Notes under the pieces: model-generated
The model's database searches: none
Told to the model about the DNA's origin: nothing
The model's input: the letters and a program-made list of their open reading frames with translations, nothing else
NCBI RefSeq assembly: GCF_964204645.1
Contig: NC_134026.1
Span: forward strand, 16,402,150-16,466,149
Source of the DNA: Tubulanus polymorphus
Taxonomy: Eukaryota > Animalia > Nemertea
DNA: 64,000 bases
Direction of reading: 5' to 3'
Position numbers and translations under genes: made by a program
Part shown: positions 49,713 through 62,748 of the stretch, piece after piece
How the letters are laid out: every line of letters begins with the position of its first letter
How positions within the stretch are numbered: the stretch's first letter is position 1

Positions 49713-51155
49713 TCTTTTTCACACTGGATCTTACTGAAAGGATATAAACAACTGCAACTTACTTTCACTGTCGGTGAAACCATTCTGTATCACAAGTACT
49801 ACGCTGCATTGACAAATTCTGTACGTGATATTAATCAGAATTGCACTGTTTACTCACTGTGAGCCTCTAAACATCGATATTTAAGCCCGATTCAAACAGT
49901 ATCCATCCATGTATGTGTATTGCCTACGTGTCATTCCCACAGCGCGTCAGTGCGTCTGTTTGTGTCAGTGTCCCTATAAGCAGTGATAGAGCGTGTGTAC
50001 TAGATCTGTAGTTTTTTAGTATCTTTATATATATATATATATGTGGCGCACTGAATGGTCAGTCTCGAGTGAACGCAACTGAGGAATTTTTGCGCCACAT
50101 ATACAAGCAATAGCATCCTTGCAGTAACTTCCCTCTGGATAGAGCTAATGAATGCAGCTACGGTATCTATATGCGAGAGCCTGGATGGCTATATTCTGTT
50201 AGAATTACAATATTCCTTTACGGATTTACTTGAAACTTTCGTGAGATGTACGGATCACAGGTACCTTGAGGTAAGTCGAAGGGATCTTTGATTGGGGCCC
50301 CGTTTACCCACCAGGGCGTGTTTTACATTTGAAAATTATGACATCGAAAAGTTACTGTGTGAGAAAATCTTTTGACTTTGACTTTTCAGCTTCGGGCGAG
50401 CACGAAAGTTGTTCATAACAGCCCGGAGGTTAAGAAAGTCAATGGCACGCCTTATCTACGATTAACCGTTTGGGCTCTACGGGCTCGAAAATGGGCCCCC
50501 AAATTTTTTAATGAGATTTTTGCTCCTAGCTCCTTAACCGTTGGAGATAGAATGGTGGTTGCAGCGAGTGATCAGTAGCCCTTGCGAAGACGCTTTTATT
50601 GATGTATGGTATTACTATGTAACTCATATGGTTCTCCAGTAGCGCCACCTATAAGACGCTGGAAAACGCATTTTCATCTATATCGACTAAGGGTACCAAT
50701 GGATTTCTTTAAAAATTGATACACATGTACCTGGTTACTAAACGAATTGAACCCTTTATATGATTAGTTCCCATTTTAACCACTAGGGGGCGTAACTTTT
50801 GAAAAATCGATTTCAGAATCCATTTTTCGCATTTAATGCGGTCTGTTTATTATGAAAATCACAAAACTTGGTATATGTACAAAGACATGTGTAATATGCC
50901 ATCCTGCATAATTAGTTTATACAACTGCCACCAGGGGACCTTGAAAACAATGATTTTTGCTCCTAGGTCCTTAACCGTTGGCGATAGAATCGAGGTTGCA
51001 ATGTGCGCGTAGTAGCCCTTGTGGGTCAACATATCCATGTCATAAGTTGACCCCCAGATGGCGCTCCTTTAAAAAGGGGAACGTTATGAACTGCTTTCGG
51101 TGAAATGTATCCAGCAAGGCAGAAACCCGTTTTCGCTGCTTTGCAGCTATATTTA
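46740..51155. repeat. ~1.5-kb unit repeat (copies at 46740-48040, 49150-49660 partial, and 49632-51155) rich in CTCF-like motifs
   Basis: CAGAAACCCGTTATCGCTGCTTTGCAGCTATATTTA at about 46740, 49632 and 51120; long colinear similarity between copies. Confidence 0.85.
48977..49050. repeat. (TAT)n microsatellite
   Basis: Directly visible; another lies at 49663-49710. Confidence 0.95.
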
Positions 51156-52599
51156 TAATTTTTTTCCCTTTTCCACACAGTTTTTGTTAAAAGTGTAAAG
51201 GCTTCCTTACCTTACCGCTGTCGCCGATACAATCCGTATGATATCCTTCAGCTCACTTCAATCTCCAGATACTGCATGGGAATTTTGATAAATCCACGTT
51301 ATAAAGGCACTGTCGAGCCGTAAACATCGGAAATTTGGCTCCGTACAATTAGTAGCCATGTTGTGTTTTCTTTCCGAAACTTCTCTCTTCTTTTCGAGGA
51401 AGAGCTATCGAATAATTCCCTCTCTTCCCCACAATCAATTTCAAAGTCAATTTTATGAATTTATTGCTCAGCGGGTCCGAGTCCAAGAGTTTACGAGTCC
51501 GGCGTTCGCGTATCTGACAGGTTTACGGGCATTTGTTTGTTACCTCTTTAATATTTTTGATTTCTTGTTATTCCAGTTATTTCATTTGAGTATATTGCTG
51601 ATCAGTTCATGTAACCAAAAGCGTCAATAAACAGATTTTGAATTGATCAAGTTTAAATCAAGGTCGTTGAGTCGCGGAAGGCTACTAGAATTACGTTCGT
51701 CTCAGAGAGAAAACAAACGACAGAAAAGTATCAGGTGTTTATCGATAGCCTACTACGGTACACACAGTTGACAAATAGTGTAAGGCCTGTGCCGGTTGGT
51801 GCGTACTGGGTTGAATAAATATACTGGTTGGTCAGTTGGTTCGGTTGTGAAGTGTGGAAGCTAAGAAAGCCTACCGGTATTTATTTGTCTATAGGCCTAT
51901 TATATAGTAGCCAATACCATTTTAAGTACGTAGTTGTTGACTGTACGGTGATCTCCACAGGTTAACCGTACGTGAGTTCCCTACTAACGCTGTAATTTTT
52001 TTGTGGAGCGGTGTAGCTTAGTATACACGCGCGATGAAATACTTCAATAGTTCAACTAGGCCTAACTGCATTTTGAATATTTCTCCCGAGAGTTTTAACA
52101 CTGCACCGGGATGAAAATGTATTTGTCGCCACTTCTCCCTAACTTCCTCCACTGACCTCACCTCTACACCCAACGCTGATCTTCGATCTTCTTTTTGTGG
52201 TTTAATTTGTAATTAAAGCCACTGTGAATGGTGTGATAATTTTCTTCAACCAAATTGCACATTCGAATTGAATATTCCTCCCGAGAGTTTTAACACTGCA
52301 CCGGGATGAAAATGTATTTGAATAAGGTGACCCGTATTGTAAACTGTGTTGACATAGTGGGATTAAGCTCCAATTCAAGGACTACTCTACGGTATGTAAA
52401 CTCATTAATTATTCATTTGTTTGACCCTGAACTCTATGACATCATTTGTAAGGAATCCCGACCAAATGTAAAAAAAAAAACAGACTGTACAACTAACCGA
52501 ACCGAAAAATCATGTTTATGGCCTGAAAGCAATAAATCTTTTAGAAATCAAAATACTCTTGTTGAATTAGAAATATACATACTCTCATCATTGACACCA

Positions 52600-53007
52600 T
52601 CTTCAAGTTGAAAAGAGTCTAGATTAATTGTTCCTTCAATCCCAGTGAAAGAAGGGTTTCCATCTTGGATCTTCAAGAATGCCTGACTAATTTCCGAGAT
52701 TTCTTATGGTGGGGGACCTCCACCAGTTTTCTTGATGTCCTTTTCGTATCCCGATTTCTCCTGCTTAGCGTTTGTATTTAACTGTCGCCACTTCTCCCTA
52801 ACTTCCTCCACTGACCTCACCTCTACACCCAACGCTGACCTTCTTTTTGTGGTCTAATTTGTAATTAAAGCCACTGTGAATGGTGTGATAATTTTCTTCA
52901 ACCAAATTGCACAATAGTGTGATCTCTTGTGATGAGAAATTAGTCTTCCTCTTCCTTTTAAAGCACATATTATGAGGAGCATTCTCACTTATATTTGAAG
53001 CGGTAGC
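52600..53007 (-). pseudogene. Harbinger Myb/SANT-like DNA-binding gene (partial duplicate at 52126-52260)
   Basis: MATASN...KRKRKTNFSSQEITLLCNLVEEN...EKWRQ...KKTGGGPP. Confidence 0.8.
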
Positions 53008-53452
53008 CATCTTGGAATCAACTAACGACTGCTTAAGGGACTTTAACGACTCGTTAAAGTTCCTAAACAATCGTTAGCTAACGGTTCCTCTAACGGTTGT
53101 TTGAGCAACACTTTTCAACGCGGATGTTTACTAACGAGTCGTTAGGAACTTTAACGAGTCGTTAGGCTTAACGAACCAACTTAAGTTAACCAACTTTTGA
53201 GCAACCGGCCCCTGAAAACTGTTAGAATCAGGTGACCGCAAATTCAGTATCATAGATACTGCACCTACATGGCTATCGCTGTGTTTATTTGAAAATAAAT
53301 TTCGCGTTCTTGTTAAATTGATTTTGTTGTCAAGCTGCTGCAATACGCTCGACTTATCAAGGACCATGGGCGCTAGTTTGAAAATTGCTTCAGCTAGGAA
53401 CACTGGTGTCAAACGCATTGAGTGGGACTATTTTGTATTTTTGGCTTGCGTA

Positions 53453-53990
53453 AAGGCTGGCTTATGTCGACAAGCAAAGCGACGCCTACCGACGCAACTG
53501 GGTTTATCGCCGATTAGCCGCAACTAGCGGCCTACGAGAGGCCACCAGTTGCTCCTCAATCGGTTCGACATAAGCCGGCTTGCGACGGCAACTCGACGCC
53601 TACCAACGCCTACCGACTCGTCGCAAGCCGTATCCGGCTAGTTGCCCATGTTCTACTCCGGCCTACGATAGGCGGGCAGTTGCTTTCGATCGCAATCGAC
53701 ATAAACTCATCTGCGACGCGACGGAACTGAGCGCAAAAATTCCAGCCAATCAGAGACCAAATCAGAGACCGAATATATAGTACAAATTTTGACCGCTAGT
53801 TAGCGTCATTAGTATCACATCACAAACTTTCAAATTCAAGTAGTTTCAAACGCAAACCAAACCTTCAGCTCGGCAGATGAGTGGACAGAAGATCTCGAAA
53901 TGAAATAGGTAGAATTATGGCGTGAGCGGCCCTCTCTATACGATGTCGCTAGCACGTTGTATTCCAATAAGAATCAGAAAGATAAAGATC
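53453..53990 (+). mobile_element. Fragment of a second Harbinger-like element with a MADF remnant (53878-53990)
   Basis: EWTEDLEMK*VELWRERPSLYDVASTLYSNKNQK; TAA-AGGCTGG-type left end. Confidence 0.5.
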
Positions 53991-54749
53991 AGTGTCTGAT
54001 AACATCAAAGTAAGATATGATCGTCGTAAATTTACCTAAACTAATTCAGGAATTGGTCTAATAATCTCAAAAAGTGACTTGCCAAAACATCGGAAAACAT
54101 TAATGCAATTGATTTGTCAGTTTTCCATTTAATCTTCCTTGGCCTTTTTTCCGTGGCCATTTTTTCCGTTCACCGTATAAATGCAGGGAGGATCGGGAGC
54201 TTTATGTTCAATAGCATTAGGTTCCTATAAATGTTTGCTCTATGGATTTCAAAATAAAAGAAAAATCTACGTTAAACGTGATATCTGTTTCATTACTCGT
54301 TATATATCGGGGAATCTCTGCAATAAAATTTGACGATTTCAAAACTATTACAAAATGAGCAAATTGCGATTCTGGTAAAAATTCTAAAAAATCTAAACCC
54401 AAGGTAAACATGGTAAACATACCCTGGGTAAAAATCCCCAAATATTCAATAATCCCTTGGTGATTGTCAAGAACGAATCCGGGACATAACACCTCCGCCC
54501 AAAATAACTCCCCCAAAATGTAGTACAATGTTTTCTTAGATTATATGACTTATTGATATTCTATAATCTAAATATTGAATTGTTTCCGGAGAAATCTAGT
54601 ATTAGATTAGAGACATGAGATAAACTAATTAATATTCCCAGCCATAACTAATTGCAAGTGAACAATGTCATTAATTGTTTTTCAATTATTATTCAGTATA
54701 GGTTTATTTGAATCTGTTAAATCGTTAAAGGGTATTAGAATTTGAAAAA

Positions 54750-57700
54750 CTTTTCTCTGACGTGCATTGCCCGGTTACAGCAGAGCTCAAGCTTAAAACC
54801 CGAACAGCAAATTTGCCTCCACTTAGTAGAGAAGACGATTATTTGAAAGAAATCCTAAACTGGAAGCCCGAAAGAAGGGAGCAATTTTGTATAGCACTTG
54901 AAAAGGAAATTCCTCTTCTTGATGAAATAACAGAGGGTTTAACCAATTTTAACTTAAACGCTAGTGATGCAAACGACAGAGTGTGTATAATCCTATTAAA
55001 AGCTGTGGGTACTGTCATGGGCAAAAAGGTAATTCATCGCAGAAACAAACCTCGGCCTGCTGCAAAGGCCACTCACGCTGTAACTGTTAGAATGGCGAGG
55101 TCTGATTACCGCCGGGCCAAAAATACTTACCTACATCTCCGAAATAGAAACAATCACTTTGAGATGAATCGTGCTTTTCGCAGGTACAAGAAAGCGATCA
55201 ATAAATGGAAAAACAACAGGAAGCATGAATTCAATTAAAAAAATCAGATCATTGTCGAACTCGGACCCTCATCAGTTTTGGAAATTTTTCAAAAAAGAAG
55301 GTAATAGTAGCTATTGTAAAATCCCTAATTCTGATCTTTTTCAACATTTCAAATCCATGAATGAACCTATTGTATTAAACGGCGAAGAACCACCATTACA
55401 TAATGTAGACGAATTTGTTGAAGAAAATTTAGCCGATGACCTATTAAATCAACCTTTACCCAAGCGGAAATATCGAAATGTATAAAAAAATTATAGAATT
55501 ACAAAGCTTGTGGTATTGATAGTATTCCTAAAGAGTTTCTGAAAACCGCTGAAATGTTATCGTTACCTGTTTTGGAAAGCCTTTGCAATAACCTCCTCGA
55601 TACTGGCAATATACCAGATGCATGGTTGGCAGGCATCATTATCCCTTTGTTTAAACAAAAAGGAAACATCGAGGATCCAGCCAACTATAGAGGCATAACT
55701 CTATAAAAACACTAGTAGACACACCTTAAAAACACTAGTAGACGCTTTTTTGAACAGTAATGGTAAATTATACTGCATTCATATCGACTATATGAAGGCT
55801 TTTGATAGCATTTGGCGAAAAACACTCTGGCATAAACTAATTAATAAATGGTATCACAGGCAAAATTCTCAACGTTATCTATAATATGTATCAAGGCATC
55901 AAGTCCTGTGTCTTTTCTAATGAAACAAGATCAGAATTTTTTGAAAGTTTCACTGGGGTAAGACAAGGTGAGGACCTCTACCCAATATTATTTTCAATAT
56001 TTTTAAATGACCTGGAAGGTTATTTACTCGAAAACAATAGCCCAGCCATAAGCTTTTTCAAACCCGGTCAGCAGAACAGTGTGTGGTTTAAACTTTTAAT
56101 ACTCATGTACGCCGATGATACGGGCTATTCGCCGATAGTCCACAAGAACTTCATCATTTAATTGATAACCTGTATGCCTACTGTAAAAAAGTGGAAATTA
56201 TGTATTAATAGTGATAAGACGAAAGTGATGATTTTTTCTAAACGACGGTTACGGAAACCTGATTTCGTTATAAACGGCCAGAAACTGGAAATAGTTGATA
56301 GTTATAAATACCTGGGTATGATTTTTTCTCATACAGGATCCTTTGTTCGATGTCGTAAAACTCTAGCGGAGCTAACAAGGAAATCGTTATTTTTGGTACT
56401 AAAGAAGGCCAGCGAGCACTCCCTAGACTTAGATATAACCTTAAAACTTTTCGATAGCATGGTATTACCAATTTTATTGTTTAGCTGCGAAATTTTGGGT
56501 TTTGAAAACCTCCAGGTACTTGAACGAGTCTAGTTATCTTTTTTCAAGTACATACTTAGAGTAAAGCGATCCACCCCTAATATTTTCATCTATTGTGAAC
56601 TGGGAGTCCACCCTTTGGATATTTTTGTTAAAATGGTGAAATTTTGGGTCAAATTAGTCAATGAAACAAACAATATTTCTTCGTTAATATATAAACATGG
56701 TTATTACATGCACATCAATGGACAATCTAATAAGTGGATTAGTCATGTTAAGAATTTCCTTGTGAGAAATGGCCTTGGTTACTTCTGGGAGAACCAGGCA
56801 GTCCTGACATCAACCAGCTAACTGCTATTTTGACTGACTGACCAGTATATCCAAGACTGGCACGCGAAAATCAATGAATCACCAATTGCTGTATCTTACA
56901 GAAAATTTAAAAATCATGCCGGTTTCAAATTTGAAGATTATTTAACTTCCATCCCTTTAAACCTCCGTGTAGAGATGTGCCGTTTCAGATGCTCCTATCA
57001 TAGGTTACCTATAGAGGAGGGTAGATATGGGTACTTCTAAAGTACGAAACTACGAAATTAAGAAATGTGCAACGAAATTACGAAATATGAAACGAAATTA
57101 CGAAATGCAAACCGAAATTAAGAAATGCTAAAGTACGAAACGAAATACTATACGAAAAGCTAAACTACGAAACGAAATGGTCATTTTTTCGCGGGTCCTG
57201 CTAAAGTATAAAATGAAATACGAAACGAAAATTTTGTAATTTTTTGCGCTATAGCAGCGGATTCGTGGAGCTGGCTTAAACATGCGCTCCCGGTGCCGCG
57301 ACTGAGTTTAGCGATGCCATCAGGGAGATTGATCTGCGCATGCTCATATACAACTGGTAGGTAGCGATTAATAAATTACGGGTTAGAGAACGAAGTGTGC
57401 CTTAAAATATATCCTGCAGTGTTTAGGCTAAAAAATTGATACCTCGTTTCTCCTCTGCTGAGGAGCTTAAAAGTCTGGATTTTGCAAGGGATGCGGATTC
57501 GAAAAGAAAATTCACGGCCGGAATCTTTTTCAAATTGCTCGTCACTACGCTGTTAAGCGGTAAAAAGATCGTCATGTAGTCCATGTGTAGGGCCTATCAT
57601 TTCACTATGCTTTACCGCGTCTGACTTCGTGGAAATGGCGCAGCGTATTCATTATTTGTTTTTGAGAACATCCTACAAGTTTCTACTAATTGTAAACGTT

Positions 57701-58335
57701 CTTTAAACCCTCCAGTTTAAGAAAATAAATTCTTGAATATGGTACTTTCAAAAGATCATTTACATGCACCGCCGAGATTTTTACAGTCCCGTAGCGTTAT
57801 AACGAGCTAGTATGGGCGTGTGTTTGAAATGTGACCATTTCGTTTCGTATTTCGGTTCGTATTTTAGCACTACTGGCAAAAAATTTCCATTTCGTAGTTT
57901 CGTACTTTAGCAGGACCCGGTAGATATCGCCATATTGAGCGGAATGAAAGAATATGCACTATGTGTAATATGGGAGTGGTTGGTGACGAATTTCATTTTC
58001 TTTTAGTGTGTCCATTTTCACAAATTTAAGAACTAAATACATCCCTAGATATTTCTGGCGCTCCCCACACCAAAGCCAACTCCAAAATCTGTTCAACTTA
58101 TCTGGATCACTCCTTCTCAATTTGGCGATATATATCGAAAAAGGTTTGCAATTATATTATTAATATCTGTCATGTTCGCCGTGTTGTTATTATGTGTATA
58201 TACCCGTATTGTAATTTTTCTCGTTTGTTTTTTGTTTTTTTTTGTTTTCTCTTTTCTATAAATATATTGTATTATATGTTTAGCTCTGTGCAATGAGTTA
58301 ATTGTGGAGCAATAAACTTAACTTAACTTAACTTA
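54750..58335 (+). mobile_element. 5'-truncated, degenerate RTEX-like LINE
   Basis: HCPV (end of endonuclease), NYRGITL, IDYMKAFD, GVRQGE, YADDT, RLPIEEGRY-RHIERNERICTMC...GDEFHFLLVCP; AATAAA followed by an (ACTTA)n tail at 58311-58335. Confidence 0.85.
57029..57918. mobile_element. Mutator-like MITE inserted in the RTEX-like LINE
   Basis: 9-bp TSD GGTAGATAT at 57020-57028 and 57919-57927; TIR GGGTACTTCTAAAGTACGAAACTACGAAAT / ATTTCGTAGTTTCGTACTTTAGCAGGACCC. Confidence 0.9.
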
Positions 58336-61068
58336 TATACCGTAATACATTATATATGATCCTATACAAGTATAATAGTCAATATTGGTGGTACTTTAAA
58401 CATCTAAATAATAGAATTATAGTATTTTCTAAATTCTGGGTGGAGGAATTTTGGACACATATGAGGGTATTCTGGGTGGATGGATTATGGGTGTGGGATT
58501 TTGGACGGAGGTATATTTTGGGCGGAGGTATTATGGGCGTATCCTGTCAAGAATATTTCAAAGCACGATGTTTCTCCAATTTAATTCATTTGCAATGAGA
58601 CTGAAATATGTTTGAACTTTTTAATTAAATCTTTCGTTGCGATAAATTCTTAAGGATAAAATAAATTGTAAGAATTAATGAGAGTAAAAACTTTTATTTG
58701 TAATATCTTTAGATTCGAACTGGAATATTTTTGAACTGCGGACTCTTGTTAACTTGTGGTATATTTCAGCTGTGCGATGCCATGAATTATTAGAAATAAT
58801 GTACTTTTGATATTACATATTTTAGATTCAAGCTAGTGTAATATATTTGAAATGTGCGATGAACCCCTTACTGAGCTGTGCAATAACTACATGTATATGA
58901 ACTAATTTAGTATCAATGAAACGTTAATTTGTAGTATGTTTTAATTCAAATAGCATAGTTTGTATGGGCATATTGATATCCTTATGGTGTTCGACAGTAA
59001 AATATGAATAAATTGGATAGACGTATCAATAATACGAATTAATTGACCTTAAGATTGTGTCTACTTATAATCCCTTCAAAGGGAGGGCATTACGTACTTT
59101 GAAGAATTGGCGATTTTTACCGACGGGATATTTTCTCAGGGGATTTTTACCGCTAACCCTTAGCAATGCACTGTAACGAACAATTTACCTTGTTTTGCTA
59201 AATTAACTACTTGTAATCAATTCGCTATAGAACTGTGGTCGATCCTAACAAAGAGTCCGGCCTGCTATTCTAAACTTCAGTGGACAAAAATCTCTTTTTA
59301 AAAATTATATTGCTAAGATATTCCTGGTCTTCATCCTTCAGCATGAACTCTAGATTTTGGGCCTGGGTATATTTCGGATTAATTAAATGGTATCATGTGG
59401 TTTGGCGGAGGTATTATCCCCCGGTTTCACGCATAAAACAAAGAGAAAAAAAATATTTTCAAACATAGGTCATCGCATTATAGAAATTGAACGGTTGACA
59501 AGTTGTATTAAATCTCTATAGATGAAACACTTTTAAGGAAAACGCATTATGTTTGTAGTTTCTATGTATCTACTATTGACTGTGCGCCTCGGGTTCAGTC
59601 AACGCGTCGTCATCTACATGATTGAAATATTTGATAGTGTCGTAAATTCATACAAGCGAATAATTTGTTGTTTCCAAAGGTTTTTGTTACCGGCTCGTCT
59701 ACACGGTAATGGTCGAAATTCCCCGGTAAAATCCCCTAATAATACCCATTAAAGAGCTTATGATTTGCTGCCGCTGGCATGTTTTCGTTTGTATTGCAAA
59801 ATGATGTTCAAAATAACTGGAATCGTTTTAAAAGGATTTCTGTGAAGATAAGATTTTCAATTTTTCCCCACACGTCAACAAGTGCCTTTCAAATCGAGAT
59901 TCATGCGTAGAAACGATTGTAGCAATTTTTCAGTTTTATTTATTTATGGTTTGATACGTCAAGATTTCAGTAAGAAGGGCAACATCATCGTTTATGTCAG
60001 CGAAGCTTGGTGTACAAGCAAGCTGACAAGAACAAGCCACTGAATTTTATCGGGTTAGGCTTTGTATAGCTCATTATCTATAGAAAGTCAGTGATTAAGT
60101 CCTAAGTAAATATTGCTCGATTAAAAAGAATTAATTAGTCGATGAACAATGTACAAGCGATGACAGGCCTATGAGGCACCTGTAAATCAAAAATGTATTT
60201 CACGGATTCCGCTGTGCGATGCGATAAATCATTGAAACTTTTAATTTCAAATATCTTTGAAATACTATTTGAAATTTGAAATATTATTTTAATCAATGAT
60301 TGTTTATGGAAAATGAATACATATTTACAAATTTGAAACAAATGAAGTAGCATAAAAAAAATATTTTCATATCATCAATTTCAATTACAGGTCCGAACTA
60401 TAGCGACCGTGCTCGTTCCCGTGGTCGACCATTTCCAGACCAGTTCCGACTAACTGACATTTCAGTTTCACTTAGTTCGTCACTCGGCGACTAAGTCCGG
60501 CCGAAGTTAGCATTGGGAGTGATTGGAGTCACCATCCCCACTAGCCGCACAGAAAATCGTAGCCATTCGAGATACTGCCAAAAGCAGAATAAAGACGTCC
60601 TTCTCACTTACAACAAGCCACCATTGACCACAATCACTCGCCAGGGCAGCCTGAGATTCAGGTCTTCCATAAAACACCGCGTTCACGTTTAATGGTATTG
60701 CAGGCATTTGATATTTTACACTAACTCTGGAACTCATAAACTTGAGGACTCAGGATGTAATGAACCCGAGAACTCATGAGCTCAAGATTTCGTCCCAGGG
60801 CTTCCATAAAAGATGTTTGCATTGTATTCCCGCGTCCCCTCGTAAAATATTAAGAAAAAGAAACGACTGTATGATTTCTAACAAAATCTCCACCCCACTA
60901 TCCAATTTGTAACTCTATCGAATGAAAAATTGGATTGAAGTGCAATGACCTGACCTAAACACCCGTATTTCACTGTACAATTCCAAGTCGGGAATGTGAA
61001 ATAAGATTTTTATTGCTTGTCCAAGGATTAAGCAGTTGTATGTAGCTGCGTTCCAGGTCAACATACTG

Positions 61069-61758
61069 GGCCGTTTGCTCAAAGGTTGGTTAAACTCTTA
61101 ACCGTCGATTAAATCTCTAACGATTGGTTTAACTCTGACCTGTCGGTAAGATTGGGTTGCTCAAAAATTTAACCAATGGTTATATTCCCTAACCATTGGT
61201 TAACGTTGAATCACTTATGGGGCAATGTTAAGTTCTTAACCAATGGTTAAAATCGCCGACGTAGTTTTTTATTGCCTACATTTGGCTACAGCAAGAGTTA
61301 ATCTACAGCGATTCGAGCATGTAACTCAATTCTCGGATGAATGTTTTAGAGAAAGAAGATTGCATTTTGAAAGGGATTGGATAAATTTTATACCTGAACT
61401 TTTACGTGAGGAGCCACAGATAGAAGTCATGCTAGGATATTACCTTTCCACCAAGTAGTATAGATAACGTTGACATTTTTTTCCTTTAGAATTGGTTATC
61501 AAATTTCCTAGTCATTATCGATCAAAACAGACTCCATTTTTATGATGTGAGTGATCAATTTCAAAGTGAGAGTGGACAAAATAAAAAGAGGTTAACCAGT
61601 GGATAATGATTAAACGACGGTTTAAGGAAGTTTAACCACCGGTTTGCAAACCGCAACCTAACCGAGGTTTCGAGCAACTGCATTTAGCTAGTGGTTAACT
61701 AACCGGTAGTTAAGAACTTATCCACCGGTTATCTAAACCAACCTTTGAGCAACTGCCC
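61069..61758 (+). mobile_element. Non-autonomous Harbinger related to 44404-53211
   Basis: TIR GGCCGTTTGCTCAAAGGTTGGTT / AACCAACCTTTGAGCAACTGCCC; CTG flanks; short FSDECFRERR transposase-like remnant. Confidence 0.75.
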
Positions 61759-61761
61759 CTG

Positions 61762-61858
61762 GGCCCAGTTCCACAGTTCTGAGTTAAGATTAGACTCTGG
61801 GTTAAAACATCGAAAATGAACTAACTTTAACTCTTACTCATGACTGTGGAACTGGGTC
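61762..61858. mobile_element. ~100-bp Harbinger-like MITE
   Basis: GGCCCAGTTCCACAGT / ACTGTGGAACTGGGTC with CWG flanks. Confidence 0.6.
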
Positions 61859-61909
61859 CAGGATGTTAAAGTTATCCTGTTTCTCGGAGCTTTTCTACGT
61901 GCATAAGTG

Positions 61910-62748
61910 AGTAATGGGAAATATGGGATTTCATACCAGAGGGCGAGAGGGCGTCAAATCACTCATTACCACTATTTTTTTTTTCCCAATAAATTGGAGA
62001 CAGAAATTAAATCGGTGTTTCTAAAATGTTTCTAATTAAATGGATGAAAATATATTAAATCTTATTAAATCTTATTTACAGAAATCAAGAGAAAATGAAA
62101 TCTATTATAATGGTCTCAGGATTAGTTTCATTTTACTCACACTTTACTCACACATTATATAACTTAATATCTAATTCATTCTACTCACACTTTTAGTATT
62201 AATAAATCTAAATCATTTTTACTCACACTTTACTCACACTTTTAGTATTGAAAAATCTAAATTATTTTAACTCACACTTTACTCACACTTTTAGTATCTT
62301 AAAGTCTAAATTATTTTACTCACACTTTTAGTATTGAAAAATCTAAATTATTTTTACTCAATTTTACTCGCACCTTAATCATTGAACAATTTTATCATTT
62401 TCTTAACGCTTTTATATTAACAAGTTTGATTATTTTTGGAAAAAAGCAAAAAAAAAAAAATTTTTTTAAAATCTTTAAACTTATTTTTATTTTTTAATTA
62501 GCTGATATTTTATCTCAATATTTAGTTTTTATCTTTTCTAATTTTGATATTTTATGTTCAATTTCTTTTGTAACATCGACTAACTTTTTTTGTATCAAAT
62601 TGTTTTTTTTTGCTGGTTTTATTCTGTTATTTATTGCCGCTAAGAATGCTTTTCTGTCTCCTATTTATTAGGAAAAAGATTACTAGTGGTGATGAGTGAT
62701 TTGACGCCCTCTCGCCCTCTGGTATGAAAGCCCACATTTCCCATTACT
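61910..62748. mobile_element. 839-bp non-autonomous Polinton-type element (mini-Polinton)
   Basis: 6-bp TSD TAAGTG at 61904-61909 and 62749-62754; AGTAAT...ATTACT termini; near-perfect TIR of about 65 bp; internal repeats resemble the Polinton subterminal motif. Confidence 0.88.

Larger units (their letters stand above)
44404..53211 (+). mobile_element. PIF/Harbinger transposon (degenerate, with insertions)
   Basis: TIR GGGCCGGTTGCTCAAAAGTTGGTTAACT and its reverse complement; 3-bp TSD CTG at 44401-44403 and 53212-53214; convergent transposase and Myb/SANT remnants. Confidence 0.9.
54474..58544. mobile_element. Mutator-like MITE (9-bp TSD) split by the LINE insertion
   Basis: TSD TGTCAAGAA at 54465-54473 and 58545-58553; imperfect TIR ...ACCTCCGCCCAAAATA / TATTTTGGGCGGAGGT... 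Confidence 0.75.
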
